Below are positions 12,878-25,345 of a stretch of DNA of 64,000 nucleotides, in pieces (within the stretch, counting starts at the first letter, position 1; each line of letters opens with the position of its first letter). The translations under genes were made by a program, and so were the position numbers. The DNA is from Octopus bimaculoides (taxonomy: Eukaryota): assembly GCF_001194135.2 (NCBI RefSeq), contig NC_068994.1:47909873-47973872 (forward strand), in the 5' to 3' direction. The notes under the pieces were generated by a model. The model saw nothing but the letters and a program-made list of their open reading frames with translations. It was not told the DNA's origin and ran no database searches.

Positions 12878-13248
12878 GTAAGTACCTGTTTTATCATTCT
12901 ATCATTGATGCTGGCTATTTGGTAATTTGTTGTTAAATTGTCTGAATGTTTAGGGTGCTGGTTTATTATGTAATAGCATGTATCATCACAAGGTAAAAAT
13001 AGCTGTCATTATTAAATGTACTGAATTACTCTGTACATAGTCAGCAGTTCAAATCTTACTACAAACAAAATAAAGCTCACATCTTCTTCCCTGTTATATC
13101 TGCTATAGTTTTACTTCTCTGACCAAAACAGATTCCACTTCTACTTTATGATTGAGTGGTCACCAGTAGGAGGAGGTATTCATCTATAAAAAAAGAAAAA
13201 CACATACACACATACCAACCAACCAACAATGAACCACCACCCCCACTA

Positions 13249-13307
<59 letters not shown>

Positions 13308-13915
13308 TGTGGCAAGCTGACAGAATCATTAGCATGTCAGGTGAAACGCTTAGCAGTATATTTCATTCTGAGTTCAAATTTCGCTAAGATTGACTTTGCC
13401 GTTGATCCTTGGGGTGGGGGGTGGGGTCGATGAAATAAGTACCAGTGAAACACTGGGGTCAATGAAATCGACTAATTCCCTCCCCCAAAATTTCAGGCCT
13501 TTTGCCTATAGTAGAAAGGATTATTATTATTATTATTATTTAGAACCCACTTTTCCATGCTTGCATAGACCAAACAGAATTGGTTTGAGGTTGATTTTCT
13601 ATGGCCCAGTGCCTTTCCTGTCACTCAATCTCAACCTGTTTCCAAGCAATATCATATTTCCTCTTTAGCCAGACATGTTTACATGGAAGACTGGTAACAA
13701 GCACCATCACTTGTACACTGTTGATGGCCGTTTACAACCATCATGTCAAGACAAGTGTACATACAAACACATACACAGAAATATATACAGTATGCATGTA
13801 TATGTATATATTTTAACAGTCAATTGTCCATGAAGCAGGGAAAAAAATACACTTCAAAGAGAGAACTTGAGTGGTTGTAATTTTATATTGTACATGTAAG
13901 AAAAACATGTAAGAT

Positions 13916-14540
13916 ATGTCGGATCTATTTTAAAACGGGGGCACCAGTTTTCATTTATGTTTTATGTAGTGTTTTTGGTACCGAAAGACTTTCAAACTTC
14001 GTATACTTATCTATTTTGTGTTATAGAACAGAAAAAAAATTTTGTATTCGAATTTATTTCATGTAAAAAATTGTCTTATTTTGATAATTTCTACTAATCA
14101 CTGACGTCTATTCAGTTGAAAACAGTTAGCGCTGTAACGGTGTATATCGTATTAATCCCCTAACCCTAACCAGACTGTTAACCGTAACCCTAACCCTAAA
14201 ACTAACCCTAACTCTAAAATTGTTACACACATAGATACGCACAGCATAATTTATTATATAAACAATATATGCGTATAAATTACGATTAAACCGGATGAAA
14301 TATGTCACAGGGAATAACATTTTTATGACCGCCCAGCAGTAACTCTATTCAGCTGAATAGACGTCAGTGATAGGTTGAAATTACAGAAATACGACAACTT
14401 TAACATGGAATAACTTGCGAATTCCTTTTTTTTGTTAAGAGTAAAAGATGTTTTATATGACACATTCTATCAGTGTCCCAAGTTTCAAAGTGTTTCGTTA
14501 AGAAAATACTCGTGCCCCCGTTTTAAAATAGATCCGATAT
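13916..14540. mobile_element. ~625-bp TIR element with nested internal inverted repeat and CCCTAA-like repeats
   Basis: Terminal atgtcggatctattttaaaacgggggcac / gtgcccccgttttaaaatagatccgatat; inner IR atcactgacgtctattcagttgaa (~14096) / ttcagctgaatagacgtcagtgat (~14348). Confidence 0.8.
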
Positions 14541-15495
14541 GTCTGATGAGAAATTCTTCAGACAGAATCAAATAATGCAAAATTTACATTTTTACACATA
14601 TATATACATGCTCCCCACCCACACACACACGCATGCATACATACAGGATCAATTCCAGGTGAAGAATTAGTAGAACTGTTAGAGTGTCGGGCAAGATGCC
14701 TTGCAGTGTCTGTTCTGGTTCTTTGGATTCTGACAGCAAAGCCTTCCACGGCACTGATACCAAGTTGTATGAGCCCCGAGTCATCATCCTTTCCCTTCAA
14801 TAAACATTACTGGCGTGGAGAGGGAAGACTCTTATACAGGCTTATATATTGACCTACAGATGCCAGGTCAACATTGGCCAACAAGGCTACACACACAAAC
14901 ACACACAGAGTCATCATAGCCATGAAAAACATAACTTATATTCATTTATTCATTTTTATTTTTTTAAATTATTTTGAATAATGATGATTTTTCTAATATG
15001 ACCACAAGGCTGCAAACCATTTTAACATTTTAACATTCAGATTACTGTCAAATGTAAAGCATAATTTATTCACAGTGTTTTGAATTAATCATGTATTATC
15101 TCGTAACTTCAAGATTTCAATGATATAATTGTTTATTTTTAGAATGACATTGTAGGGTGGGTGTGAGAGGCCAGATTTGGCCACTTCGAGCGTAAAACAG
15201 CTATAATATTTTGGGCTAGATATGGCTGGTTTAAATGTTAAAGAGTTAAGGTGAAGTTGAATCAATTATATTCACCCCAGTACTTGACTGGCAATTATTT
15301 TATCATCTCTTGGTAACGTGAGAAATTAATTCTAACCTAACTTCTGTTTGATTTGAACTCAGCTGTACTCCAGAGTGATGCAATGAAAAACACAAGGAAT
15401 TTTATCAATGCTACCAATTCACTGCCCTTATTTTAGACTTGTTCCTCACAGTAAAATAGTTTATTTCATTTTGCAAACTAACTTTATGTATAGAA

Positions 15496-15815
15496 GGCGC
15501 ATGGCTCAGTGGTTAGAGCATTGTGCTCCCAATCTCAAGGGAGTGAGTTCGATTCCCAGACCGGGCTGTGTGTTGTGTTCTCGACCAAGAAACTTTATTT
15601 CACTCAACTGTAGAAACAAGTTGCGATGTCACAGGTGCCAAGGTGTATCGGCCTTTGCCTTTCCCTTGGATAACACTGGTGGCGTGGAGAGGGGAAGACT
15701 GGTCTGCATGGACAACTGCTGGTCTTCCATAAACAACCTTGCCTGGATTTATACTTCAGAGGGTAACTTTCTAGGTTCAATCCCAGGGTCATTCATTACC
15801 AAAGGGGGTCTTTAC
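15496..15815 (+). mobile_element. tRNA-derived SINE (family C: ggcgcatggctcagtggttagagc...gagttcgattccc)
   Basis: A/B-box-like head; body shared with 16170-16340(+) and 16830-17140(-); related heads at 1805-2130(+), 25770-26008(-), 51245-51430(-). Confidence 0.8.
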
Positions 15816-18495
15816 TCTTTTTATATAAATATACATTCTTTTATTCTTCTACTTGTTTCAGTCATTTGGCTGTGGCCATGCTGGAGCACTGCCTTGATCC
15901 CACCCACCAGGACTTATTTCTTAAGCCTAGTATTTATTCTGTTCTTCTGCCAAACTGCTAAGTTACAAAGCTGTAAACACACCAACACTGGTTGTTAAGT
16001 GGTGTTGGGGGACATATATATATATATCCGAATGACATGTCAGTGTTTTCTTTGTATCATCTATCTGTATGTTTTGTCCCTTTCTTGTATCACCTAACTG
16101 TCTGGATGTTTTGCATTCTTGTCCCATTCTGTATTATATATATATATATATATGATGGGCTTCTTTCAGTTGTATCAGCCTTTGCTTTTCCCTTGGATAA
16201 CATCAGTGGTGTGGAGAGGGGAGGCTGGTGTGTATGGCCGACTACTGGCCTTCCATAAACAACCTTGCCTGGACTTGTGCCTCGGAGGGTAACTTTCTAG
16301 GTGCAATCCCATGGTCAGTCATGACCGAAGGGAGTCTTCCATATATATATATATGGGGGTGCATCATCATCATCATTAATATTCAACTGTAACAAATAGA
16401 TCATCCTACCTTTGTGAATATGAAAAAAATTGGATGTAAAACAACATACAAAGAAAACAAATTAAATTATAACATCTAAACATTGAGAGGAATTATAATT
16501 TCAGCTTATAACTTTATCGGTAATTTGGTATCAATAAAATAAAGTACACCTCAAGTAAGTACTGCTGTCTATTTAATCAGATTCACTGACTCAAGTTGAA
16601 CAGACAGATCTTATGGTAGTAGTGGTTGTTATGGTTTAGGTTATGGTAGTGTTTGATCTTGTTCACTATGTACTGGAAAGCTTCCACCACTTTTGTCTAT
16701 CCTGTAATGTTCATCCTGCTGTATGATGTGTGTGATTTCCATAGAGTTGTAGACTTCCAGCTAGCTAAATTTGTAGCCTGGCTCAATACTCAGTTGAACC
16801 CTTTTTCACTTACATATAGTAAAAACTAAAGACCCCCATTCGGTCATGAATGACCATGGGATTGCACTTAGAAAGTTTCCCCTCTGAGGCACAAGTCTGA
16901 ACAAGGTTGTTTATGGAAGACCAGCAGTCACCCATGCACACCAGCCTTCCCTCTCCATGCCACCGATATTATCCAAGGGAAAAGCAAAGGCCAAAATAGC
17001 TTGAGATCAGTGATATCACAACTCATTTCTACAGCTGAGTGAACTGGAGCAACGTGAAATAGTGTCTTGCTCAAGAACACAACTCGCAGCCCGGTCCAGG
17101 AATCAAACTCACTACCTCACTTCTGAGCCATGTGCCTTCGCTATACACACAACTTAACTCAGAATTCACATTTGTAGCTACTGGCATTGGTTGAGAAGCT
17201 TGCCGTGTGGTCTCAGGTTCAATCCCACTGTATGACATCTTGGACAAATTTCTTTTACGCTAGGCCAACCAGGGCCTTGTGGGTGGATTCGGTGTGTGAG
17301 AATGGAAAGAAGCCCATCATATAGATGAATGTGTGTGTGTGTGTGTGTGTGTGTGGCCTTGTTTTGACATCATATGGTGGTTGTAAATGAGCATTTCCAG
17401 TCTTCCATGAATGGGTGAAGGTTGGTGATACATAATGCGTGTGGGTGTAGAAAATGTGCCTTGATAGATTCTGTCTGATCCATGCAAGCATGAAGAAAAG
17501 GGCCATTAAATGATGATGATGATAATAATGATGATCAACAGCAGCCAATAGACAAGAAGAGAGAGAGAGGGAAAGAGATTCATGCTCAACCTTTTGTACT
17601 GTCTCTGTGTAGTGTCTTTGATGTGCTACAAACAGACAATTCTCTAAGTATTTAGTGAGTTATTTTCATTTGTACATCATTAGTCCAATTAAGTGAATTA
17701 TTCAACGTTGCCATTATGGAGCAGAGTAATTTTTATTTGTCGATGTATCAGTGTTGAAGTGCATGTTCTTTTTGCCTTACATCCTGGGCTGACTGACAGG
17801 CAAGCAGGACTGAACAATACATGAATATTGACCAGGTTGTTAACTTCAGCTTGCCTGAAGCTTATATCTTCTGCTGCACTTGGCCATTGGGTGAATAAAT
17901 TAAAGCATCCACTTAATATTTGTCCCAAATAGTTTTACTAAAAGTAAAGGTCAAATTTTATTGAATAATGTCCCTTTCCCAACCACATGGTTCTAGGTTC
18001 AGTCCCGCTGTGTGGCACCTTGAGCATGTGTCTTCTACTTTAGCCTCAGACCGATCAAAGCCTTGTGAATGGATTTGGTTGACGGAAACTGAAAAAAAGC
18101 CCGTGTTTGTCCCCATCACCAATTCTTCACAACCGGTGTTGGTGTGTTTACGGTCCCCGTAACTTATCGGTTCGGCAAAAAAGACCAATAGAATAAATAC
18201 CAAGCTTTTAAAAAAAACTAGCACTGGGATTGATACATTCGACTAAAAACTCTTCAGGCCGATGCTCCAGCATGGCCGCAGTCTAATAACTGAAACAAAT
18301 AAATGATAAACCAAACAAGGACTTTTTAAATACTCCTGTATGTCAAAGCGTTCTTAAATTCGACATTAAGTTTTCTCTTAAAGTAAACACTAGTTGTCTC
18401 CCTTACTTCAATCGCCCATTATCTCTCCAAAGCTAAATTTAAGATGCACAGAAAAGCAAGCTTTCACTGTCTCCAGTCATTTTAATACATACATA

Positions 18496-18622
18496 CAGGG
18501 TGTCCACAAAGTCTGGGTACATGGAGTAAATAAAATCATAACATAAACAATTAAATATAAGAAATAATAATTTCTTAAAGAATGTATTAATCCCAATGTA
18601 CCCAGACTTTGTGGACACCCTG
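18496..18622. mobile_element. 127-bp Tc1/mariner-type MITE
   Basis: Perfect 27-bp TIR CAGGGTGTCCACAAAGTCTGGGTACAT / ATGTACCCAGACTTTGTGGACACCCTG with TA on both sides. Confidence 0.85.
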
Positions 18623-18959
18623 TACATACATACATACATACATACAGACAGATCTTATATTTTTGTCGTTTCTTTCAGTCTTTAGATTGCTGGTACGCTG
18701 GGGCACCGCGTTGAAGAGTTTTTAGTTGAACGAATCGACCTCAGTCCTAATCTTTTATTTATTTATTTGTTAAAACCTGATATTTACTCTATCCGTATCT
18801 TTTGTGGAACCGCTAAGTTACAGGCACGTAAACAAACCAACACCGATTTTCAAGCGGTAGTTGAGGAGGGCACACACACACATACACACAAATACATATA
18901 TAAAGCAAGAAAAAAGTACACTCTCAAAGAGAATTTAAGTGGTTATATTTTTATATCGT

Positions 18960-21100
18960 TGAATAGTATATTTTTGTTCATGGTATATAACCAGTTAGAA
19001 ATCTATTAGTTTCGCCTCTACTATCGCACTTGGCAATATTGACGACTCTTCAAACATGTTAGTCAAGAACCAATGTATTTCGTATCTTCTAATATGGTAT
19101 GGTGTGATTTAACGGAAATTTGGCTGTTGTTTCTGGCAGAGCGACTTTCTCTTTTTCGCTCGATCCACCAGTCCACAAGTTTTTTCCCATAAGGTGACAC
19201 TATAATTCTAAAGCTATAAAATTAATAAGGGTTTAATTGAATATCAGTTCTAAATTTGGCTTAGTCTACAGGAAATGTTATGGGTGAGAGAATGTTGTCC
19301 ATTCCTTTGCGGTATTAGACTCTTATTTATTTAACCACTATGAAACCAGCGCCAGACAAAGTCCTCCACAAAATTGCTATTGCAAATTACTCTGAATTAC
19401 CTCCCTTAGATCTGTCGCAACTGATATTAGGTGACATTTTGGTCTCTCTTCAGAATTAACTTTTTAGTATATTCCAGAAGTAAATAAAATATATTTCAGA
19501 ATGTAAACGTTTTAGAAAATGTTCGGTTTTACAGACCTTTTCGACTGCGGAGATTCCGAATCTGTAAAAAAAAAATTTTTAATAATAATAATAATTTCAA
19601 AATTTATAATGTTTTCATTCGTAAGTTATAACGAATTTTATTGTTTATTAATTAAAAGCTATAATGATAATTTCGTTACTTATAACTTAATTATAAGTAT
19701 TTATCATTAAGCATAACTCTTAGTTTAGTTTAGGCTGCGTTATGATGTATACATGATAAGACGCAGATATAGATTATAGTTTTTTGACCGTTACACATAA
19801 AAAAATGGTTTCATTAATATACAGAAATAAATTCAACAAGTTGAAAGAAACAAAAAGTAAAAGGAATTAAGTTTCTACATTAATTTATTATATACATATT
19901 TTTACATTTATAGAAATTTAGAAACAAAGCATTTCATCGTAGAGAATTTACGACTTAAAATTATCAATAACTAGTTTCTCATTCTAACTAATAAGGTTTC
20001 ACGACAATTCAATATTGTCGGATTTGAGTATTGAACATGGCATATATATTTGCCTTATACTCAAAAGTGTGTGTCGTGGACTTGAGTAACATCCAACGAA
20101 CACTGGAGATTTTGCCGAAAATCAGGGTTAACTACTCATACACGAATCATAGAACCGTAACCCCGTGAAAGATTTCTTCAACGAAGTTCATAATTCGTAT
20201 ATGGGCAGTAATTTTTAACCAATGAGAAATCAATAATTTCTCATGTTCGCGCAAACGAACTTACGTTCTCTCTCCGCCTCTATTTAGTTTGCTACAGCAG
20301 CTTCGTTATCATTTATGATTGAATGCCCGAGAGAGAGGTTTCACTACAACTGATAGAATAAATACCAGACTTAAAAATAAAGAAAAATCAGAAGTTTGGG
20401 GGTCGATTTGTTTGATTAAACCCTTCGAAGCGGTGCTCCAGCAAGGCCGCACTCCACTGACTGAAACAAGTAAAGAATATAAAAACTATATTTTCTCTGT
20501 TACGTGTTTAAGTCGTTAGACTGCGGCCATAATGGGGCACCACCTTGAAGAATTTTTAGTCGAATTAATCGATCCTAATGCAAGTCTGGTTGGGAAGCAA
20601 GCTTCATACCGCACAGTCACACCTGCGCCTATATACTCTACGTTTATATTTCTTAACGTCAATTCAATATCTTGTTTAAGCACCATTAAATAACCTGATG
20701 GCATTCTTATTTGGATATTGGCGATGAATTAATTAATCGATGGTTAATTTACCAAACATCATTCTTTGATGCGCTATATAAATACCTGCCTAGATTCAAC
20801 CTAGGAATCAACCTAAGAATCTTCGTTTATAAACAAATGATGCACGCGTCATAGGTATACTGAATAACAACGTTGTTGATCTTAGTTTAGGAATAAAGTA
20901 TGACAATATGTACTCATCATAAGGAACAAGACACCTGATGATGATCGGAGGACAAATTGTTTGATCGAAATTGAAAAACCTACTCAAACACTCGCTAGAT
21001 GAAAAGTCCAGTCAAAAGTTAACGTAAGGGGAAGTAACCTGGCAAAACATGAATGTTTCTGTTCGAAATTTTTCACTCTACGTTTATTGGGTTGTGTTGC
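18960..21100. promoter_or_regulatory. CpG-retaining, promoter-like region
   Basis: Visibly more CG dinucleotides in non-repeat sequence than the rest of the window; CCAAT at ~20219; minus-strand donor AAC|GTAAGT at 20265/20264. Confidence 0.3.
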
Positions 21101-22155
21101 TTTGACATATTCTTACCGATGATGTGTGTGTGTAGATATACAAACACATACACACAAATAATGGTCAACCTGATGCTATCTCAGAAAATACTTGTTGATT
21201 GTGGAGCAAATATTTGAACCACACAACCATGTCTATTAACCTATCGTCTCTCAATGGTTAAGAAGTTCTCTTCCCAGCCATGTACATGGTTTTGGATTCT
21301 ATCCCACAGCATGGTGCCTTGGACAAGTGTCTTCTACCGTAGCCCCAGACCGAGCGAAGTCTTATTAGTGGGTTTGGTTCATGGAAGTGTGCGTGTGTCT
21401 TTGTACTTGTTTACATTTGTGCGCACTTCTACGAAAGACGTGTCCATGTGAGCGGTGATGTTTATCGTCACTTCTCCTCTCAACAAATCGTCCACTTGCT
21501 TCACACCTTCAAAACTATTGGAATAAGTGAATCCCTTGCTTGGAAAAACAGGTGGCGACAGCAAGGGCATTAATGTTTTAACATACTTCATGACAAGAAA
21601 TTCGAAAGAGCGTAGCATTATCAAGCTTCCTCCTTCACCACAAGGGAACGGCCATTCAAAATGTGATAATACTGGCAGTGCCCCCAGCATGGCCACAGCC
21701 TTTTGGCTAAAACACTCTCACATATTATACTACACACCCCTCAGTTGAGGTGTCTTGTGTTGCGAGTTACTTGGTGACCTTTGTGCAGGTTGTTCAGCAG
21801 ACAAAATGCTTAGCCACGTTTTCTCAGTCTTTACTTTTCATCCTTTCGGGGTCGATAAATTAAGTACCAGTGAAATAAATACTGGGGTCCATGTAATCGG
21901 ACCCCCCCTCCCGCTAAATTTTCAGGCCTTCTGCCTATAGTAGAAAGGATCATTATTATTATTATTATTATTATTGCACACTGGACAAAATGCTTTGTAG
22001 CATTTTCTCTGCCTTTATGTTCTAAGTTCAACAGCCAAGGTTGACTTTGCTTTTCATCTTTTTGGGATCAATGAAATAAGGACCAGTTGAGTATTAGGAT
22101 CAATTTCAGGCCCTTGTGTCTATTGTAAAAAGGATTATTATTATTATTATTTTTT

Positions 22156-22187
<32 letters not shown>

Positions 22188-24335
22188 AGTGACTATTTAT
22201 TTCATTAGTATGTAATACTATTCAGTAAGTGAATGGCAGAGAATAGTCTCAGCTTTTCTAAAAGGGGTTTTGTCTCTAAATCAGTAACTGTGAGGTGATT
22301 TGACATTCACCTTCTCTCCCACCGAAAATAAATGATAACTAAAAAAACAAAAACACTTAAAATCATACACACAGTTCATATGTCCAAGACACAGTTTCTT
22401 GGTAGGCATTAATTTATCATTTGTCTTTTGTATGTTTGTTTCACTGCTTTCCTGTTTGTTTGTGTCTATTCTTCTTCCTTTCTTTCTCTCTCTCTCCCAT
22501 TGTACCTTTCCTTTCTGTCTGCCTTTGTTTCAAATCTATACTTGCTTTCTAAATATGCTAAACCAATTATCATTAGATTTGGAATGTATTGTGTGTGTGT
22601 GTGCGTGCACGCGCGCGCACATGTGGTGTGGTGTGTTGGAAAATTAGACCAGCAATTTGTTTTGTTTTTTGGGGTTGTTTTTTTTTTTGCTTTCTTTTTA
22701 TTTCATTTTCATTAATAATGATAATGATACCGCTACTAATACTACTAATAGTAGTATTAATAACAATAACATGAATAATCTATTAAAAAGAAAAACCAGC
22801 GTAGTTCTTTGAAACGGTGGACTTCTCTCACGTACTCATACTGTAGCAGTCACAAACAAAGAAAAAAATAGGAGCCCTGTTTTTTCAGGCTTTTTTTTTT
22901 TTTTTACTTTTACTTTATTTTTTACAGTTACAGGCACCCAACTACAATTAAATGGAGGTCTGCTGGGGATAAATAGATATTATTGCTAGGAATGGCCTCA
23001 AGTAAATCTAAAAATACTCTCCACACACACACACACATACACACAGTGCTAAGAATGATGATGGTGATCACTCTAATCCTTAGGTTTTCCAACTTTTAGA
23101 CACGATAAAAATTCAAACGTATTTCTGTTGATACTGGAGAGTTGAAAATTTAAGTGAGCTTCAAGTGCAGGGTTTGAACTTCCAAAGATAGAAGTTAAAC
23201 ACTTGGGAATTTAGTCTGTTGCTGTTCTATTTCTGATATTTCATTACCCTTCAGATGATGATGATGGTGGTAGTGGTGGCAGCAGCAGCAATATAAGCAC
23301 AGGGCCTGAGATTAGTGGGAAGGGAGTTTAGTCAATTGCATTGAACTCAGTATTTGACTTCTTTTATTTTAGCAGCCCCTAAAGGATAAAAGGTGAAGTC
23401 AATTTCAGCTGCATTCGAATTCCGAACATAAAGAGCTGGAAGAAATATGCTAATGGATTCTGCCATTTCACCTTTCATTATATACTACTTCAAATAATCT
23501 ACTATAAATAATACTCTAGTGTTTTTCTCCGTCACAACATATGAATGAGAAGGAAGGGGTGGTAGATGCGTAAGGAAGGAAGGGGTGATTGCAAACTTGG
23601 TAGTGGGATGATGGAAGTTCTATGGTGAAAAAAAAAATCAAACAGTGTTTCAACTCTGTGTGATTATATGTTTGTGTGTGTGTGTGTGTAATGGAAGTGG
23701 GATGGTGAACATTCAATGCTGAAAAGAAAAATGAAGCAGCATTTCATCTCTGTGTGTATGTATAAGGCAATTATGTGAATGTTTGTATCTGATTATTATG
23801 TACTTTATTTATATATAAAATACTACAATTAGCTGTCATTTTTGACGGTGCAGGGTCATCTTTCTACTATAGGCACAATTTATGGGGAGGGGAATAGTCC
23901 AATGACATCGACCCTGGTATTTGACTGGTACTTAATTTATTGATCCTGAAAGGGTAAAAGGGAAAGTCGACCTTAGCAGAATTTGAACTTAGACTATTGC
24001 TAAGCATTTTGCCCAGCATACTAACAATTCTGCCAGCTCGCTGTCTTAATAACAATAATAATATTTTTATATAATTGAGTTACTTCATAACCCTTCCCAT
24101 TTCCTAGACCAGATGAAATGGAAGTGGATTCCTGTGTAAGATTTGAACTTATAACATAAAGAAGTTGCATACTTAACCATAACGGGAATAGTGCAAGGAA
24201 TCTGGTGCCTTACCATTTTTGCCTTCTAATTGTTATAATGATGCCTAACATGTGCACAATTCAGCAAACTTTCAGGACACACACACACACAATTGGATTG
24301 AAACCAACTCCCCATCCCCACCCCAGTGCTTGGCT

Positions 24336-25048
24336 GTTGCTATAGTAACAATGATCACCAAAGAATGAAGGAAAGGCAGGGCTGATGTTTGCGGAATTTG
24401 AACTTAGAATATAAAGGGACATAAGTTGATAACCTCAAGGCATTTCATCCACCACTATACTGATTCTCCCACCTACCAACCTTTTCCTCTTACTTCTCAT
24501 TCTCCTAATAATAATATTAATAATAATGATAATAATAATAATAATACTGATAATAATTCTACTTTTGAGAGCGGTGCTCATTCAATTTTGTACTGTTTCT
24601 AGAAAGCTGAATTTCAATTTGAAATTATAATTTCATTTCCTCTAAGAAAATGCATTTTATAATTGCTACTAATGACTGCAAAATAATTCCTTTTTTTGTT
24701 TCTTTTTTTCTTTTTCTATCTTTAATCAATAAAAGACAAAGAATAAATCCATTCCTAAATATATTGATGAGAGGCCAACGATTAACAAATTCTCTTTGCT
24801 TCCAAATTCTTTGATATGTATATAAATACACATGTATGTTGTGTGTGTGTATGCGTGTGTGCGTGCACATAATTTCCTCTCCTTATAATTAGCATTTTAA
24901 GCTATGTTGCTAACTACTTCCCCCCAACTCCATCTCTTCAATCCTTCTTTATATTAAAGGTAATTTTATCCTAGTTGCTAAACTGATAATTCGCCTTCCT
25001 TCTCCTTAAACAAAACATAATTATATCATGGTTGCCTATTCCTTCTCC

Positions 25049-25105
<57 letters not shown>

Positions 25106-25345
25106 TATATACACACACTAATCATAGGGGTGCTACAGCCTGGCTTTTTCCAGGTTGCTTAATAAAGCAGTAAAAGATGAGTTAGTTGCTAAACATTTTT
25201 GTTGCTAACTTCCGTTTGTAATCGTTGCTAATAGATAATCTCCCTTACATCAAAAAACAGCGACTTCATTCCTGTTATTAATTCAAACGTCAGCCATTCC
25301 TCTATCTGCATGTGTTACAGGAACCATGTTGCTATTGTGATTACC
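24336..25345. promoter_or_regulatory. Cluster of RFX X-box-like motifs
   Basis: Full X-box-like GTTGCTATAGTAAC at 24336-24349; eight same-strand GTTGCY half-sites at 24906, 24974, 25031, 25154, 25185, 25201, 25224, 25328. Confidence 0.45.

Noticed and set aside
15408-15998. 196-aa ORF, the longest gap-free ORF
   Set aside because: Reads through two SINEs.
22928-22957. 30-bp phase 2-2 exon candidate (YRHPTTIKW) behind a strong acceptor
   Set aside because: Donor GAG|GTCTGC is weak and there is no independent support.
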